Below are positions 21,725 to 31,083 of a DNA stretch of 64,000 nt, piece after piece. The stretch spans positions 9,730-73,729 of the forward strand of contig DASRKB010000084.1 of assembly GCA_035649175.1 (NCBI GenBank), in the 5' to 3' direction. The notes beneath the pieces were generated by a model. It was not told the origin of the DNA. It worked only from the letters and a program-made list of their open reading frames with translations, and searched no databases. Origin of the DNA: Burkholderiales bacterium (GTDB taxonomy: Bacteria; Pseudomonadota; Gammaproteobacteria; Burkholderiales; SG8-39). The translations under genes and the position numbers were made by a program. The number at the start of each line of letters is the position of its first letter. Positions within the stretch are counted from its first letter, which is position 1.

Positions 21725-22181
21725 CGTCGTCCTTGTCCATCCGGAGATCCCGCCGAACACGGGCAACGTCATCCGCCTTGCGGCCAACACCGGCACGCGG
21801 CTCCATCTCGTCGAGCCGCTCGGCTTCTCGATGGACGACAGGCAGCTTAAGCGCGCGGGGCTCGACTACCACGAGATGGCGAACGTCACCGTCCATGGCG
21901 ACTGGCCCTCGTGCCGCGGCACGCTCGCCGGCCGTCGCCTGTTCGCCTTCACGACCAGCGCCACGCGGAGCTGCTACGACGTACGTTTCGTGGAGAGGGA
22001 CGTCCTAGTGTTCGGCGCAGAGGTCTCGGGGCTGCCCGCCGAGATCCTCGCCGGGTTTGCGCCGGAAATGCGGCTGCGGCTCCCGATGCGGCCGGGCAAC
22101 CGCAGCCTCAACCTCTCCAACGCGGTCGCCGTCGCCGTCTTCGAGGCTTGGCGCCAGCACGGCTTCCCGGGCGCCCGCTAG
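21717..22181 (+). CDS. trmL: tRNA (cytidine/uridine34-2'-O)-methyltransferase
   Basis: [26 protein letters not shown]...[19 protein letters not shown]...[11 protein letters not shown] (SpoU/TrmL). Confidence 0.9.
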   Translation: MLDVVLVHPEIPPNTGNVIRLAANTGTRLHLVEPLGFSMDDRQLKRAGLDYHEMANVTVHGDWPSCRGTLAGRRLFAFTTSATRSCYDVRFVERDVLVFGAEVSGLPAEILAGFAPEMRLRLPMRPGNRSLNLSNAVAVAVFEAWRQHGFPGAR

Positions 22182-23143
22182 CGCTCTTCTTTTGGGTCGC
22201 GCGAAAGGAGGCGCTCGACCGCGGCGCCCGGCGGGAGCCGCCCTTCGAGCACTGCCACGACCGCCTCGCTCACGGGCATCTCGATGCCCTTGCCATGCGC
22301 AAGCCGCAGCACTTCGTTCGCCGAGCGCACGCCTTCGGCGACATGGCCGAGCCCTTCCAGGATGTTCCTCAGGGGTGCGCCGCGCGCGAGCTCCAGCCCG
22401 ACGCGCCGGTTGCGCGAGAGCTCGCCGGTACAGGTCAGGATCAGGTCGCCGGCGCCCGCCAGGCCGAAGAAGGTCTCCGGCAACCCTCCGAGCGCCGACC
22501 CCAGTCGCGCGATCTCGGCGAGCCCGCGCGTAATGAGCGCGGCGCGAGCGTTCATCCCAAGCCCCAGACCGTCGCCGATGCCAGCGGCGATCGCCATGAC
22601 ATTCTTGACCGCGCCGCCGATCTCCACGCCGACGAGATCGGTGCTGTAGTAGACGCGCAGCCGACCGCCGTGGAGCAGCACGGCGGCCTCGCGGGCGAAG
22701 CCGCCGTCTGAGGAAGCGAGGGTGAGCGCGCAGGGCAGCCCGCGCGCCACTTCGGCGGCGAACGAGGGCCCCGACAGCGCGCCACTGCGCTTCTGCGCGA
22801 CGAGCTGATGCGGCAGCCTGCTCGTGCCCTGCTCGAAGCCTTTGCACAGCCACACCAGCGGCGCATCGGCGGCGAGCATCCCGGCCACCTCGCGCAGCGC
22901 CGCGACCGGCGTAGCCACCAGGATCAGGGCCGCCCCGGTGCTCGCTTGCGCGAAATCGGAGGTGATCCGCAGCGCGTCGGGAAGCGGTATGCCCGGCAGG
23001 TAGCGCTCGTTGCGCCGCTCGGCCGCGATGCGCCTCGCCTGCTCGGCGTCGCGGGCCCAGAGCGCCACCTCGTGCCGCGAGGATAGCGATGCTGCGATCG
23101 CCGTGCCCCAAGCGCCTGCGCCGAGCACCGCGATGCGTGGCAC
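22178..23143 (-). CDS. gpsA: NAD(P)H-dependent glycerol-3-phosphate dehydrogenase
   Basis: [14 protein letters not shown]...[13 protein letters not shown]...[13 protein letters not shown]. Confidence 0.93.
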   Translation of the reverse strand: MPRIAVLGAGAWGTAIAASLSSRHEVALWARDAEQARRIAAERRNERYLPGIPLPDALRITSDFAQASTGAALILVATPVAALREVAGMLAADAPLVWLCKGFEQGTSRLPHQLVAQKRSGALSGPSFAAEVARGLPCALTLASSDGGFAREAAVLLHGGRLRVYYSTDLVGVEIGGAVKNVMAIAAGIGDGLGLGMNARAALITRGLAEIARLGSALGGLPETFFGLAGAGDLILTCTGELSRNRRVGLELARGAPLRNILEGLGHVAEGVRSANEVLRLAHGKGIEMPVSEAVVAVLEGRLPPGAAVERLLSRDPKEER

Positions 23144-23158
23144 TGCGGCGGCTCCCGG

Positions 23159-23638
23159 CTAGCGCGAAATCTCGATGCGCGGGCCCTCGCCCTGGCTGGC
23201 ACCGGACTGCTGCTGCATCCGCTGCATGTACAGCGCCTCGAAGGAGACTGGCGCGAGCATGACCGGCGGAAAGCCCCCGCGCGTCACGAGATCGGAAATG
23301 GTCTCTCGCAGGTACGGAAACAGGATTGTCGGGCACCCGATGCCCAGCAGCGGCCCGAGCTCCTGCTGCGGCACGTTGCGCAGCTGGAAGATACCGGCCT
23401 GCACGGCCTCGGCGAGAAACAGCGTCTTCTCGCCGACGCGCGCGGTCACGGTGGCCGAAACGGTCACCTCGTAATACGGATCGGAAAACTTCCCGCCGCC
23501 GGTATCGATGCGCACCTCGAACTGCGGCTGCACCTGCTCGACGAACACCTGCGGCGCGTGCGGAAGCTCGAGAGACAGGTCTTTCACGTAGATCTTTTCG
23601 ATCTGGAAGGTGGCTTGCGGCGGCGTCGGGTCGGTCAT
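23159..23638 (-). CDS. secB: Protein-export chaperone SecB
   Basis: FQIEKIYVKDLSLELPHAPQVF...CPTILFPYLRETISDLVTRGGFPPVMLAPVSFEALY. Confidence 0.93.
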   Translation of the reverse strand: MTDPTPPQATFQIEKIYVKDLSLELPHAPQVFVEQVQPQFEVRIDTGGGKFSDPYYEVTVSATVTARVGEKTLFLAEAVQAGIFQLRNVPQQELGPLLGIGCPTILFPYLRETISDLVTRGGFPPVMLAPVSFEALYMQRMQQQSGASQGEGPRIEISR

Positions 23639-23895
23639 AGGGCTGCCTTAAGTAGCGGGTCGAGTCTGCCTTCGGCGTCGAGAGCGTACAGGTCGTCGCA
23701 GCCACCGACGTGGCGGCCACCGATCCAGATCTGGGGCACGGTGCGCCGACCGCTCTTCTGGGTCATCTCGAGGCGCCGCTCGGGCTCGAGGTCGACGCGG
23801 ATCTTCTCGATCATAGCGCCCTTCGCGGCGAGCAGGCGCTCCGCGGCGCGGCAGAACGGGCAGCTCGCGGTGCAGTACATCAGTACCGCGCTCAT
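23635..23895 (-). CDS. grxC: Glutaredoxin 3
   Basis: VLMYCTASCPFCRAAERLL (CPFC active site)...TVPQIWIGGRHVGGCDDL. Confidence 0.93.
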   Translation of the reverse strand: MSAVLMYCTASCPFCRAAERLLAAKGAMIEKIRVDLEPERRLEMTQKSGRRTVPQIWIGGRHVGGCDDLYALDAEGRLDPLLKAAL

Positions 23896-24296
23896 CTCTC
23901 CACCGGCAGGCCGGCCGACTGCCAGGCGCCCAGGCCTCCGGAAAGACTCACCACGCGCGTGTAGCCCTGCTCGCGCAACGTCGCCGCCGCCTTGGAAGCG
24001 CGCCCACCGCTGTCGCAGTAGACGATGAGCGGGCGGTCCTTCTTCTTCGCGATGTCGGTGCGCGAGCCTACCGTGCCGAGCGGCACGTTCCTTGCGCCCA
24101 GGATATGCCCCGCGCCGAACTCCCCCGGCTCGCGCACGTCAATGACCAGCGCGTCCTCGCGGTTGATGAGCTGGGTGGCCCCCGCCGGGTCGACGTGAGG
24201 CCCGCCCGCGCTGCGGCGCAGGAGCGGCCAGATCAGCATCACGCCGGAAACGACAGCGACGGCGATGAGCAGGAGGTTGTTGCGAATGAATTCCAC
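23892..24296 (-). CDS. Membrane-anchored rhodanese-domain protein
   Basis: GTG start at 24296 (VEFIRNNLLLIAVAVVSGVMLIW, TM helix), then the rhodanese fold ...VIDVREPGEFGAGHILGARNVP...IVYCDSGGRAS (active-site Cys loop). The track ORF is over-extended. Confidence 0.85.
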   Translation of the reverse strand: MEFIRNNLLLIAVAVVSGVMLIWPLLRRSAGGPHVDPAGATQLINREDALVIDVREPGEFGAGHILGARNVPLGTVGSRTDIAKKKDRPLIVYCDSGGRASKAAATLREQGYTRVVSLSGGLGAWQSAGLPVER

Positions 24297-24324
24297 GGGA
24301 GGTCGGCCATTATAATCAGCCGCG

Positions 24325-25077
24325 ATGCCGAATCCCCCCTTACGGCTCGTGCTCTTGCGCCACGGCGAGTCCGACTGGAACCGCGAGAACCGCTTCACCG
24401 GCTGGACCGACGTCGACCTGTCACCCAGGGGGCTCGAGGAGGCTCGCGCGGCGGGCCGCACGCTTGCAGCGGAGGGCCACCGCTTCGACCTCGCCTTCGC
24501 GTCCGTGCTCCGGCGCGCCATCCGTACGCTGTGGATCGCGCTCGACGCGCTCGACCAGATGTGGCTGCCGGTGGAGAAGAGCTGGCGCCTAAACGAGCGT
24601 CACTACGGCGCCCTGCAGGGATTGAACAAGGCCGAGACAGCGGCGAAGTTCGGCGAGCAGCAGGTGCTCGCCTGGCGCCGAAGCTACGAGACGCCGCCGC
24701 CCGCGCTAGAGCCGTCCGACCCGCGCTATGAGGCGAGGGACCCGCGCTACGCCGGCGTGGACGTGCCGCGCACGGAATGTCTGAAGGACACGGTGGCGCG
24801 CGTGATCCCCTATTGGGAGAGCGCCATTGCACCTGCGGTGCGCGCGGGGCGCCGCGTGCTCGTCGCCGCGCACGGCAACTCGATGCGTGCCCTGGTCAAG
24901 CATCTCGATGGCATGTCCGACGAGGCGATCGTGAAGGAGAACATCCCGACCGGCATCCCGCTCGTGTACGAGCTCGGCGAGGATCTCAAGCCGGCGCGGC
25001 GCTATTACCTCGGCGACCCGGCGGAGGTGGAGCGTCGCATTGCGGCGGTTTCCGCCCAGGGGAAAGTGAAGACCTGA
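24325..25077 (+). CDS. gpmA: 2,3-bisphosphoglycerate-dependent phosphoglycerate mutase
   Basis: [26 protein letters not shown] (RHGE motif)...[11 protein letters not shown]. Confidence 0.95.
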   Translation: MPNPPLRLVLLRHGESDWNRENRFTGWTDVDLSPRGLEEARAAGRTLAAEGHRFDLAFASVLRRAIRTLWIALDALDQMWLPVEKSWRLNERHYGALQGLNKAETAAKFGEQQVLAWRRSYETPPPALEPSDPRYEARDPRYAGVDVPRTECLKDTVARVIPYWESAIAPAVRAGRRVLVAAHGNSMRALVKHLDGMSDEAIVKENIPTGIPLVYELGEDLKPARRYYLGDPAEVERRIAAVSAQGKVKT

Positions 25078-26204
25078 TCCGGGCGCTCCTCCTCTCGCTC
25101 GCCCTCGCCGCCGCGGCACCGGCGCAGGCCGCCGCTGAGCAGGAGAAGCTCCAGGCGCTGCGAGCCCGCATCGAGTCGCTGCAGCGCGAGCTCGAGGACA
25201 AGGAAGCCGAGCGCCGCGAGGCGCGCGACGCCCTGCGCGAGTCGGAGCGGGCGATCTCGGAAGCCAACCGCGCGCTTGCGCGCACTCTCGCGGAGGCGCG
25301 ACGGCTGCGCACGGAGGCGGCGCGCATCGCCGAGCGCCGGCGCGCCCTCGAGCGGCTCGTCGCGGAGCGCCAGTCGGCGGTCGAGCGCATGCTCGTCGCG
25401 CGCCATGCCGGCGGCGCCCCCGATGCGCTGCGTGTCGCGCTCTCGGGAAACGATCCCGCCTCGCTCGGGCGCTCGCTGCAGTACGTAGGCTACGTCTCGC
25501 AGGCCGCGGCGGAGCTCCTGGCGAGCTACCGCGCCGCGGCCCTGGCGCTCGAGCGCCTGGCGCTCGAGGCCGCCGCGCGCGAGGAGGCTTTGTCCGCCGT
25601 CGAGCAAGCCACGCGGGCCGAGCGTGAAAAGATTCACATGGAGCGCGCCGGCCGCCAGCGCGTGTTGGCGCGGGTCGCAAAGGACATCCGCAGCGACCGC
25701 CGGGAGATCGGGCTGCTGCGCGCCGACGAGGCGCGCCTCGCGAGCCTCGTGCAGCAGATCACGCGGATCGTGGAGACGGTGCCGGAGCCCGGCGGCGTCG
25801 GTGCGCCTTTTTCCACGCTGCGCGGCAGCCTGCGCCTTCCGGTGCGAGGGGAACTGACCGGACGCTTCGGCGCTCCAAAGGGGGCGGCAGGCATCGAGGC
25901 GAAGGGCGTCTTCATCCGCGCCCCGGAAGGCCGGCCGGTACGAGCCGTTGCGGGCGGGCAGGTGGTGTATGCCGAGTGGATGCGCGGGTTCGGCAACCTC
26001 CTCATCTTGGACCACGGAGAAAGCTACCTGTCGATCTACGCCAACAACGAGGCACTCCTCAAGCAGGTGGGGGACGTCGTCGGCACCGGCGAGACGATCG
26101 CCACCACCGGATCAAGCGGTGGCAGCGAGCAATCGGGTTTATACTTTGAATTACGGCACTTGGGCCGGGCCTTCGACCCCCTCCGCTGGGTCAAGCTGAA
26201 ATAA
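25074..26204 (+). CDS. EnvC-like murein hydrolase activator (coiled coil plus M23/LytM domain)
   Basis: Signal peptide [19 protein letters not shown], long coiled coil, and a C-terminal M23 domain ([39 protein letters not shown]...). No ATG/GTG/TTG lies near the signal peptide; the proposed start is a CTG overlapping the gpmA stop. Confidence 0.8.
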   Translation: MIRALLLSLALAAAAPAQAAAEQEKLQALRARIESLQRELEDKEAERREARDALRESERAISEANRALARTLAEARRLRTEAARIAERRRALERLVAERQSAVERMLVARHAGGAPDALRVALSGNDPASLGRSLQYVGYVSQAAAELLASYRAAALALERLALEAAAREEALSAVEQATRAEREKIHMERAGRQRVLARVAKDIRSDRREIGLLRADEARLASLVQQITRIVETVPEPGGVGAPFSTLRGSLRLPVRGELTGRFGAPKGAAGIEAKGVFIRAPEGRPVRAVAGGQVVYAEWMRGFGNLLILDHGESYLSIYANNEALLKQVGDVVGTGETIATTGSSGGSEQSGLYFELRHLGRAFDPLRWVKLK

Positions 26205-26232
26205 GCGGCATCCTGAACTGGCGAGCCTCCAC

Positions 26233-27624
26233 ATGCAAACCAAGGTACGCAGCATCGGACTCATGCTCGTCGGCGCGGTCGCCGGCGTGCTCATCAGCCT
26301 GAACTTCCAGGCCATCGCTGACCGCGCCGGACGCTCGCCGCTGCCGATCGAGGAGCTGCGCGCCTTTACCGAGGTTTTCGGCGCCATCAAGACGAACTAC
26401 GTCGAGGCCGTCGAAGACCGCAGGCTGATCACCGAAGCGATCAACGGCATGCTTACCGGCCTGGACCCGCACTCGGCCTACCTCGACGCCGAGGCCTTCA
26501 AGGAGCTGCAGGTCGGCACGCAGGGCCAGTTCGGCGGGCTCGGCATCGAGGTCGGCATGGAGGACGGCTTCGTCAAGGTGATCTCGCCGATAGAGGACAC
26601 GCCCGCCTACCGCGCCGGCATCAGGCCAAACGACCTCATCATCAAGCTCGACGAAACGCCGGTGAAAGGCATGACGCTGAACGACGCAGTAAAGCGCATG
26701 CGCGGCAAGCCGAACACGCAGATCACGCTCACCATTTCGCGCAAGGGCGAGAGCACGCCGATCGTGGTGACCCTCACGCGGGCCATCATCCGCGTGCAGA
26801 GCGTGAAGTCCAAGGTGATCGAGCCGGGCTATGCCTGGGTGCGAGTGTCGCAGTTCCAGGAGCAGACCGCCGAGCACCTCGTGCGCCATCTCGACACCGT
26901 GTTCAAGCAGGGCGCGGTGAAAGGTCTGGTGCTCGACCTGAGGAACGATCCCGGGGGCCTGTTGCACGGCGCGGTCGCGATCTCCTCGGCATTCCTGCCC
27001 GCGAAATCGCTGGTGGTCTCGACCGACGGGCGCGCCGAGGATGCGCGTAAGAAGTTCTACGCCAGCCCGGATGACTACGCCCGCCGCGGCGAGGACGTGC
27101 TGAAGAGTCTATCGCCGATGGCCAAGACGGTGCCGATGGTGGTGCTCGTGAACGGGGGCTCGGCCTCGGCCTCCGAGATCGTCGCCGGCGCGCTGCAGGA
27201 TCACAAGCGCGCCAAGGTGATGGGTACCCAGACCTTCGGCAAGGGCTCGGTGCAGACCATCATGCCGCTCGGGAACAACACCGCCATCAAGCTCACGACG
27301 GCACGTTACTACACGCCCGGCGGGCGCTCGATCCAGGCGCTGGGCATCACGCCCGACATCATCGTCGAGGACCCGAGCGACACCGCCACGCGCGTGCGCG
27401 AAGCGGATCTGCAGCGTCATCTGGAGAACGGCAACGCGGCCGCAAAGGAGGAGAAGAAGGACGCCGTGGTGCAGCGCCCGAAGCCCGCCGCAACTCCGCC
27501 GGCGGACCAGAAGCCGGTCGAGCTCGGCTCGAATGAAGACTTCCAGCTCCAGCAGGCGCTTGCCTTCCTCAAGGGTCAGCCGGTGCGGAAGGAAGCACCG
27601 CTCGCGCAGACAAAAACGAATTAA
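26233..27624 (+). CDS. ctpA: Carboxy-terminal processing protease (S41)
   Basis: N-terminal TM helix, PDZ region (GGLGIEVGMEDGFVKVISPIEDTPAYRAGIRPND) and S41 core (LDLRNDPGGLL...NGGSASASEI...GKGSVQT). Confidence 0.93.
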   Translation: MQTKVRSIGLMLVGAVAGVLISLNFQAIADRAGRSPLPIEELRAFTEVFGAIKTNYVEAVEDRRLITEAINGMLTGLDPHSAYLDAEAFKELQVGTQGQFGGLGIEVGMEDGFVKVISPIEDTPAYRAGIRPNDLIIKLDETPVKGMTLNDAVKRMRGKPNTQITLTISRKGESTPIVVTLTRAIIRVQSVKSKVIEPGYAWVRVSQFQEQTAEHLVRHLDTVFKQGAVKGLVLDLRNDPGGLLHGAVAISSAFLPAKSLVVSTDGRAEDARKKFYASPDDYARRGEDVLKSLSPMAKTVPMVVLVNGGSASASEIVAGALQDHKRAKVMGTQTFGKGSVQTIMPLGNNTAIKLTTARYYTPGGRSIQALGITPDIIVEDPSDTATRVREADLQRHLENGNAAAKEEKKDAVVQRPKPAATPPADQKPVELGSNEDFQLQQALAFLKGQPVRKEAPLAQTKTN

Positions 27625-28411
27625 CGACGAGCAGCTTCTTCGCTATAGCCGGCACATCCTGCTTCCCGAGATCGGGATCGAAGGACAGGAGAGGCTGCGT
27701 GCGGCAGCCGCGCTGATCGTCGGCGCGGGAGGTCTGGGGTGCCCCGCGGCGCTGTATCTCGCGGCAGCCGGGATCGGACGGCTCACCATCGCCGACGCGG
27801 ATAGGGTCGACCTCACCAATCTGCAGCGGCAGGTCCTTTACCGGACCGACTCGGTCGGAAAGCCGAAGGTCGAGGCGGCCCGCTGCGCGCTGGGCGGCAT
27901 CAATCCCGACGTGGAAGTCATCGCGCTGGAGAAGCGCATCGAGGATTTCTCGCCGCTCGCCCTTAAAGCCGACGTGGTGCTCGACTGCACCGACAACTTC
28001 GCCACGCGCAAGGCGATCAACCGCGCCTGCGTACAGGCGCGCCGGCCGCTCGTTTCCGGTGCGGCGATCCGCTTCGACGCGCAGCTCATGGTGTTCGACC
28101 TCCGGGAAGGCGCCGCGCCTTGCTACGCCTGCCTGTTTCCGGAGCAAGGCGAGGTCGAGGAAGTGCAGTGCTCGCAAATGGGCGTGTTTGCACCGCTTAC
28201 CGGCGTGATCGGCGCCCTGCAGGCGATGGAGGCGATCAAGCTCCTCGCCGGCGTCGGCGAGTCGTTGAGCGGCAAGCTGGTGGTGCTCGACGCGAAGACC
28301 GCCGAATGGCGCTCGGTGAAGATCGCGAAGGATCCGGCTTGCGCGGTCTGCGGCGCTAGCTCAGCAGGTACTGGCGCTGGGCCGAGAAGCTCTCCGCGGG
28401 CTTGCGGTTGA
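27620..28411 (+). CDS. HesA/MoeB/ThiF-family adenylyltransferase
   Basis: NDEQLLRYSRHILLPEIGIEGQERL...IVGAGGLGCPAALYLAAAGIG...DLTNLQRQ...CYACLF...ACAVCG. The start is ambiguous: ATT 27620 (overlaps the ctpA TAA), TTG 27560 or ATG 27533. Confidence 0.78.
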   Translation: MNDEQLLRYSRHILLPEIGIEGQERLRAAAALIVGAGGLGCPAALYLAAAGIGRLTIADADRVDLTNLQRQVLYRTDSVGKPKVEAARCALGGINPDVEVIALEKRIEDFSPLALKADVVLDCTDNFATRKAINRACVQARRPLVSGAAIRFDAQLMVFDLREGAAPCYACLFPEQGEVEEVQCSQMGVFAPLTGVIGALQAMEAIKLLAGVGESLSGKLVVLDAKTAEWRSVKIAKDPACAVCGASSAGTGAGPRSSPRACG

Positions 28412-28910
28412 ATCCGCTCTTCGCGTACTGGTGCAGGCAGCCGATAGCGTAGCGCAGCAGCGCCGAGGCGTGGCCGGCGGCATCGCCGTCGGAAGCGGTG
28501 CGCAGCGACTGCTTGAGCGTTGCCTCGAAGCGGTCGAAGAACTGGTTCATGCGCGCCTGCAGCCGCTCATGCTCGCCGACCAGCGCGTCGCCGGTCATGA
28601 CCCGCACCATCCCGGGGTTCTTCTCCGAGAACGCGAGCAGCATCTCGAGGAGCTTCTCCGCCTGGCGGCGCCCGTCGGCCTCGTCGTGGGTGATGCGGTT
28701 CGCCAGCGTGAACACCGAGCTCTCGATGAACTCGATCAGGCCCTCGTACATCTGCGCCTTGGAGGCGAAATGCCGGTAGAGCGCCGCCTCGGATACGCCG
28801 AGTTTTGCGGCGAGGGCGGCGGTAGTGATGCGCTCCCAGCGCGGCGCCTCCAGCATCTGCGCAAGAGCCTTGAGGATCTCGAGCTTGCGTTCGCCTTTCG
28901 GGCGCGGCAT
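28356..28910 (-). CDS. slmA: TetR-family regulator resembling the nucleoid occlusion factor SlmA
   Basis: [67 protein letters not shown] aligns by eye with the E. coli SlmA N-terminus (...[31 protein letters not shown]). Conserved argB-nucleotidase-slmA context. Confidence 0.75.
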   Translation of the reverse strand: [184 protein letters not shown]

Positions 28911-28921
28911 GGGAAGTAAGT

Positions 28922-29590
28922 CTAAGCTTCCCGATAGCGGAAGGCCAGACGAGGCAGATCGATGATCGAGGCGAGCCGCAGGTCGACATAAGGCACCCGC
29001 CGGCGCGCGGCGCTCACCCACACGGTGCCCATGCCGAGCCGGTTCGCCGCGCGCAGGTTCTCCAGCATGTCGTCGATGAATACGCACCGCTGCGGGTCGA
29101 GGTCGTGGTTACGCAGCAGCATGTGAAAGCCGTGGAGCGCGGGCTTCCCTCGATAGCCCGTGTCCTCGATGGTGTAGACCGCCTCGAAGAAGCGCCGCAC
29201 GCGCAATGCGCGCAGGACGTCCTCGACGTAGGCGCGCGGGGCGTTGGAGAACACGAGCTTCCGACCCGCGAGGCGCGAGAGCGCATGCTTCAGGGCGTTC
29301 TCGCGCACCAGCATGTCGGCGAGCTCCGGGAAGACGTGCGTCTCGGCGAGGAAGCGGCGTGGATCCTCGCCATGGTGCCGCATCAGGCCGCGCAGCGTGG
29401 TGCCGTAGCGCTGCCAGAACCCGCGGCGCATCGCGTCGGCGCCGGCGTCGTCGACACCGTAGTAGCGCCTTAGATAGGCGTTGATCTGCTCGTGCATGGA
29501 CGGGAATATCCGCGCGCGGGCGTCGTGCAGCGTGTTGTCCAGATCGAATATCCAGACACGCCGCGAAGGCGGTACGGCGGCGATTCTCAA
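28922..29590 (-). CDS. HAD-superfamily pyrimidine 5'-nucleotidase-like hydrolase
   Basis: VWIFDLDNTLH (DxDxT motif)...KLVFSNAP...CVFIDDMLENL. Confidence 0.85.
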   Translation of the reverse strand: MRIAAVPPSRRVWIFDLDNTLHDARARIFPSMHEQINAYLRRYYGVDDAGADAMRRGFWQRYGTTLRGLMRHHGEDPRRFLAETHVFPELADMLVRENALKHALSRLAGRKLVFSNAPRAYVEDVLRALRVRRFFEAVYTIEDTGYRGKPALHGFHMLLRNHDLDPQRCVFIDDMLENLRAANRLGMGTVWVSAARRRVPYVDLRLASIIDLPRLAFRYREA

Positions 29591-29593
29591 GAT

Positions 29594-30475
29594 CTACTTG
29601 CTGCGGATGAGCGTCCCGACGCCCTGGTCGGTCAGCACTTCCAAAAGGAGCGCGTGCGGCACGCGGCCATCGATGATGTGCACGCTCTTCACGCCATTGC
29701 GCGCCGCGTCGAGCGCCGAGCCGATCTTCGGTAGCATGCCGCCGGAGATCACGCCCTTCTCGACGAGCTGGTCGATCTTCCGCGGGGTGAGCCCGGTGAG
29801 GAGCTTTCCGTCCTTGTCGAGCACGCCGGGCGTGTTGGTGAGCACCACGAGCTTCTCGGCCGCGAGGACCTCGGCGAGCTTCCCGGCCACGAGGTCCGCG
29901 TTGATGTTGTACGTGGTGCCGTCCGCGCCCGTGCCGATAGGCGCGACCACCGGTATGAAACCGCCAGCCTCCAGGGCCTTGATGACGGACGGATCCATCG
30001 TGTCGATCTCGCCGACCTGTCCGAGGTCGGCCTGCTGGGCGGGGAGCTGCATCTTGCGCGCGCGGATGAACGCACCGTCCTGTCCGGTGAGCCCGACCGC
30101 CTTGCCGCCCGCCTGGTTGATGAGCTCAACGACCTCCTTGTTGACCGTCCCGCCCAGCACCATCTCGACGATGTCCATCGTCTCCGGGTCGGTGACGCGC
30201 ATGCCTTGGACGAACTCGCCCTTCTTGCCCAGGCGCGCGAGCAGCTGCTCGATCTGCGGTCCGCCGCCGTGCACCACCACCGGGTTCATGCCCACAAGCT
30301 TGAGCAGCACCACGTCGTGCGCGAAGCCGGCCTTGAGGACCTCGTCGGTCATGGCGTTGCCGCCGAACTTGACGACGATGGTCCGCCCGTGGAACCGCTG
30401 AATGTAAGGCAGCGCCTCGGCGAGGATGCGCGCCTTCTCGGCGGCTTCCGGGCGGTGGAGGTGGGGGGCGTTCAT
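29594..30475 (-). CDS. argB: Acetylglutamate kinase
   Basis: Start at MNAPHLHR...; [21 protein letters not shown]...VVHGGGPQI...NINADLVAG. The upstream part of the track ORF was rejected. Confidence 0.95.
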   Translation of the reverse strand: MNAPHLHRPEAAEKARILAEALPYIQRFHGRTIVVKFGGNAMTDEVLKAGFAHDVVLLKLVGMNPVVVHGGGPQIEQLLARLGKKGEFVQGMRVTDPETMDIVEMVLGGTVNKEVVELINQAGGKAVGLTGQDGAFIRARKMQLPAQQADLGQVGEIDTMDPSVIKALEAGGFIPVVAPIGTGADGTTYNINADLVAGKLAEVLAAEKLVVLTNTPGVLDKDGKLLTGLTPRKIDQLVEKGVISGGMLPKIGSALDAARNGVKSVHIIDGRVPHALLLEVLTDQGVGTLIRSK

Positions 30476-30503
30476 GGGCGCCCCCCGGATTCTACTGGCT
30501 AAC

Positions 30504-30935
30504 TTACTGGATGGAGATCTGCTTGCGCGAGGCCGCAGCCTTCTTCGGCAGCGTGAGCTCGAGCACGCCGTCGCGGTACTTCGCTTCGGCTTTCGCTTCG
30601 TCCACTTCCTGCGGCAGCGTGAAGCTGCGCGTCGCCTTGCCGAACACGCGCTCGGTGTGGAGCACGCGCTCGTCCTGCGACACCTCCTTCTCGCGCTTGA
30701 CCTCCGCCGCCAATGTAACCTGCGCGCCGTCGATGGTGACCTGGATGTCGTCCTTCTTGACGCCGGGGATCTCGGCGGTGACAACGTAGGCGCCGTTCTT
30801 CTCGGCGACGTCCACCTTCAGGCGCGGGGCGACCGCTTCGCCGCGGCCTTCATAGGCTACCGGGCGCACGAAGAAGCCCTTGAAGAGGTCGTCGACCAGC
30901 TCGTTGAATGGGTCGAACCGGGTGATCTGTGCCAT
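30504..30935 (-). CDS. Hsp20/alpha-crystallin small heat-shock protein
   Basis: [13 protein letters not shown]...[35 protein letters not shown]....E........[10 protein letters not shown]...[13 protein letters not shown]. Confidence 0.93.
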   Translation of the reverse strand: MAQITRFDPFNELVDDLFKGFFVRPVAYEGRGEAVAPRLKVDVAEKNGAYVVTAEIPGVKKDDIQVTIDGAQVTLAAEVKREKEVSQDERVLHTERVFGKATRSFTLPQEVDEAKAEAKYRDGVLELTLPKKAAASRKQISIQ

Positions 30936-30968
30936 GGTGCTGTCTCCTTTCCTGAGGCTGTACCCCGG

Positions 30969-30997
30969 AAGTAGGGCCGGCCCCCGCCGGTTTCAAG
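30969..30997 (-). promoter_or_regulatory. Candidate sigma-32 promoter for the hsp20 gene
   Basis: The minus strand reads GGGCTTGAAA-N14-CCCTACTT, against the E. coli sigma-32 consensus CTTGAAA-N13-15-CCCCATNT. It lies about 35 nt upstream of the AAAGGAGA Shine-Dalgarno and the ATG. Confidence 0.5.
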
Positions 30998-31083
30998 CCC
31001 CCTGAAACGCCCCCACTCGCACGCTGCCCGAGCTGCGGCAGCCAGGATTTTCGTTCGAAAGCCCCCGTAGAATCCCCCGCATC

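Noticed and set aside
22005-23720. 571-aa minus-strand ORF covering gpsA and secB
   Set aside because: It is out of frame with gpsA and secB, which are unambiguous. Its Arg/Ala-rich composition fits a GC-driven spurious ORF. The same reasoning applies to 434..1780(+), 15636..17300(+), 43219..44769(-), 48824..49948(-), 24706..25680(-) and similar track entries.
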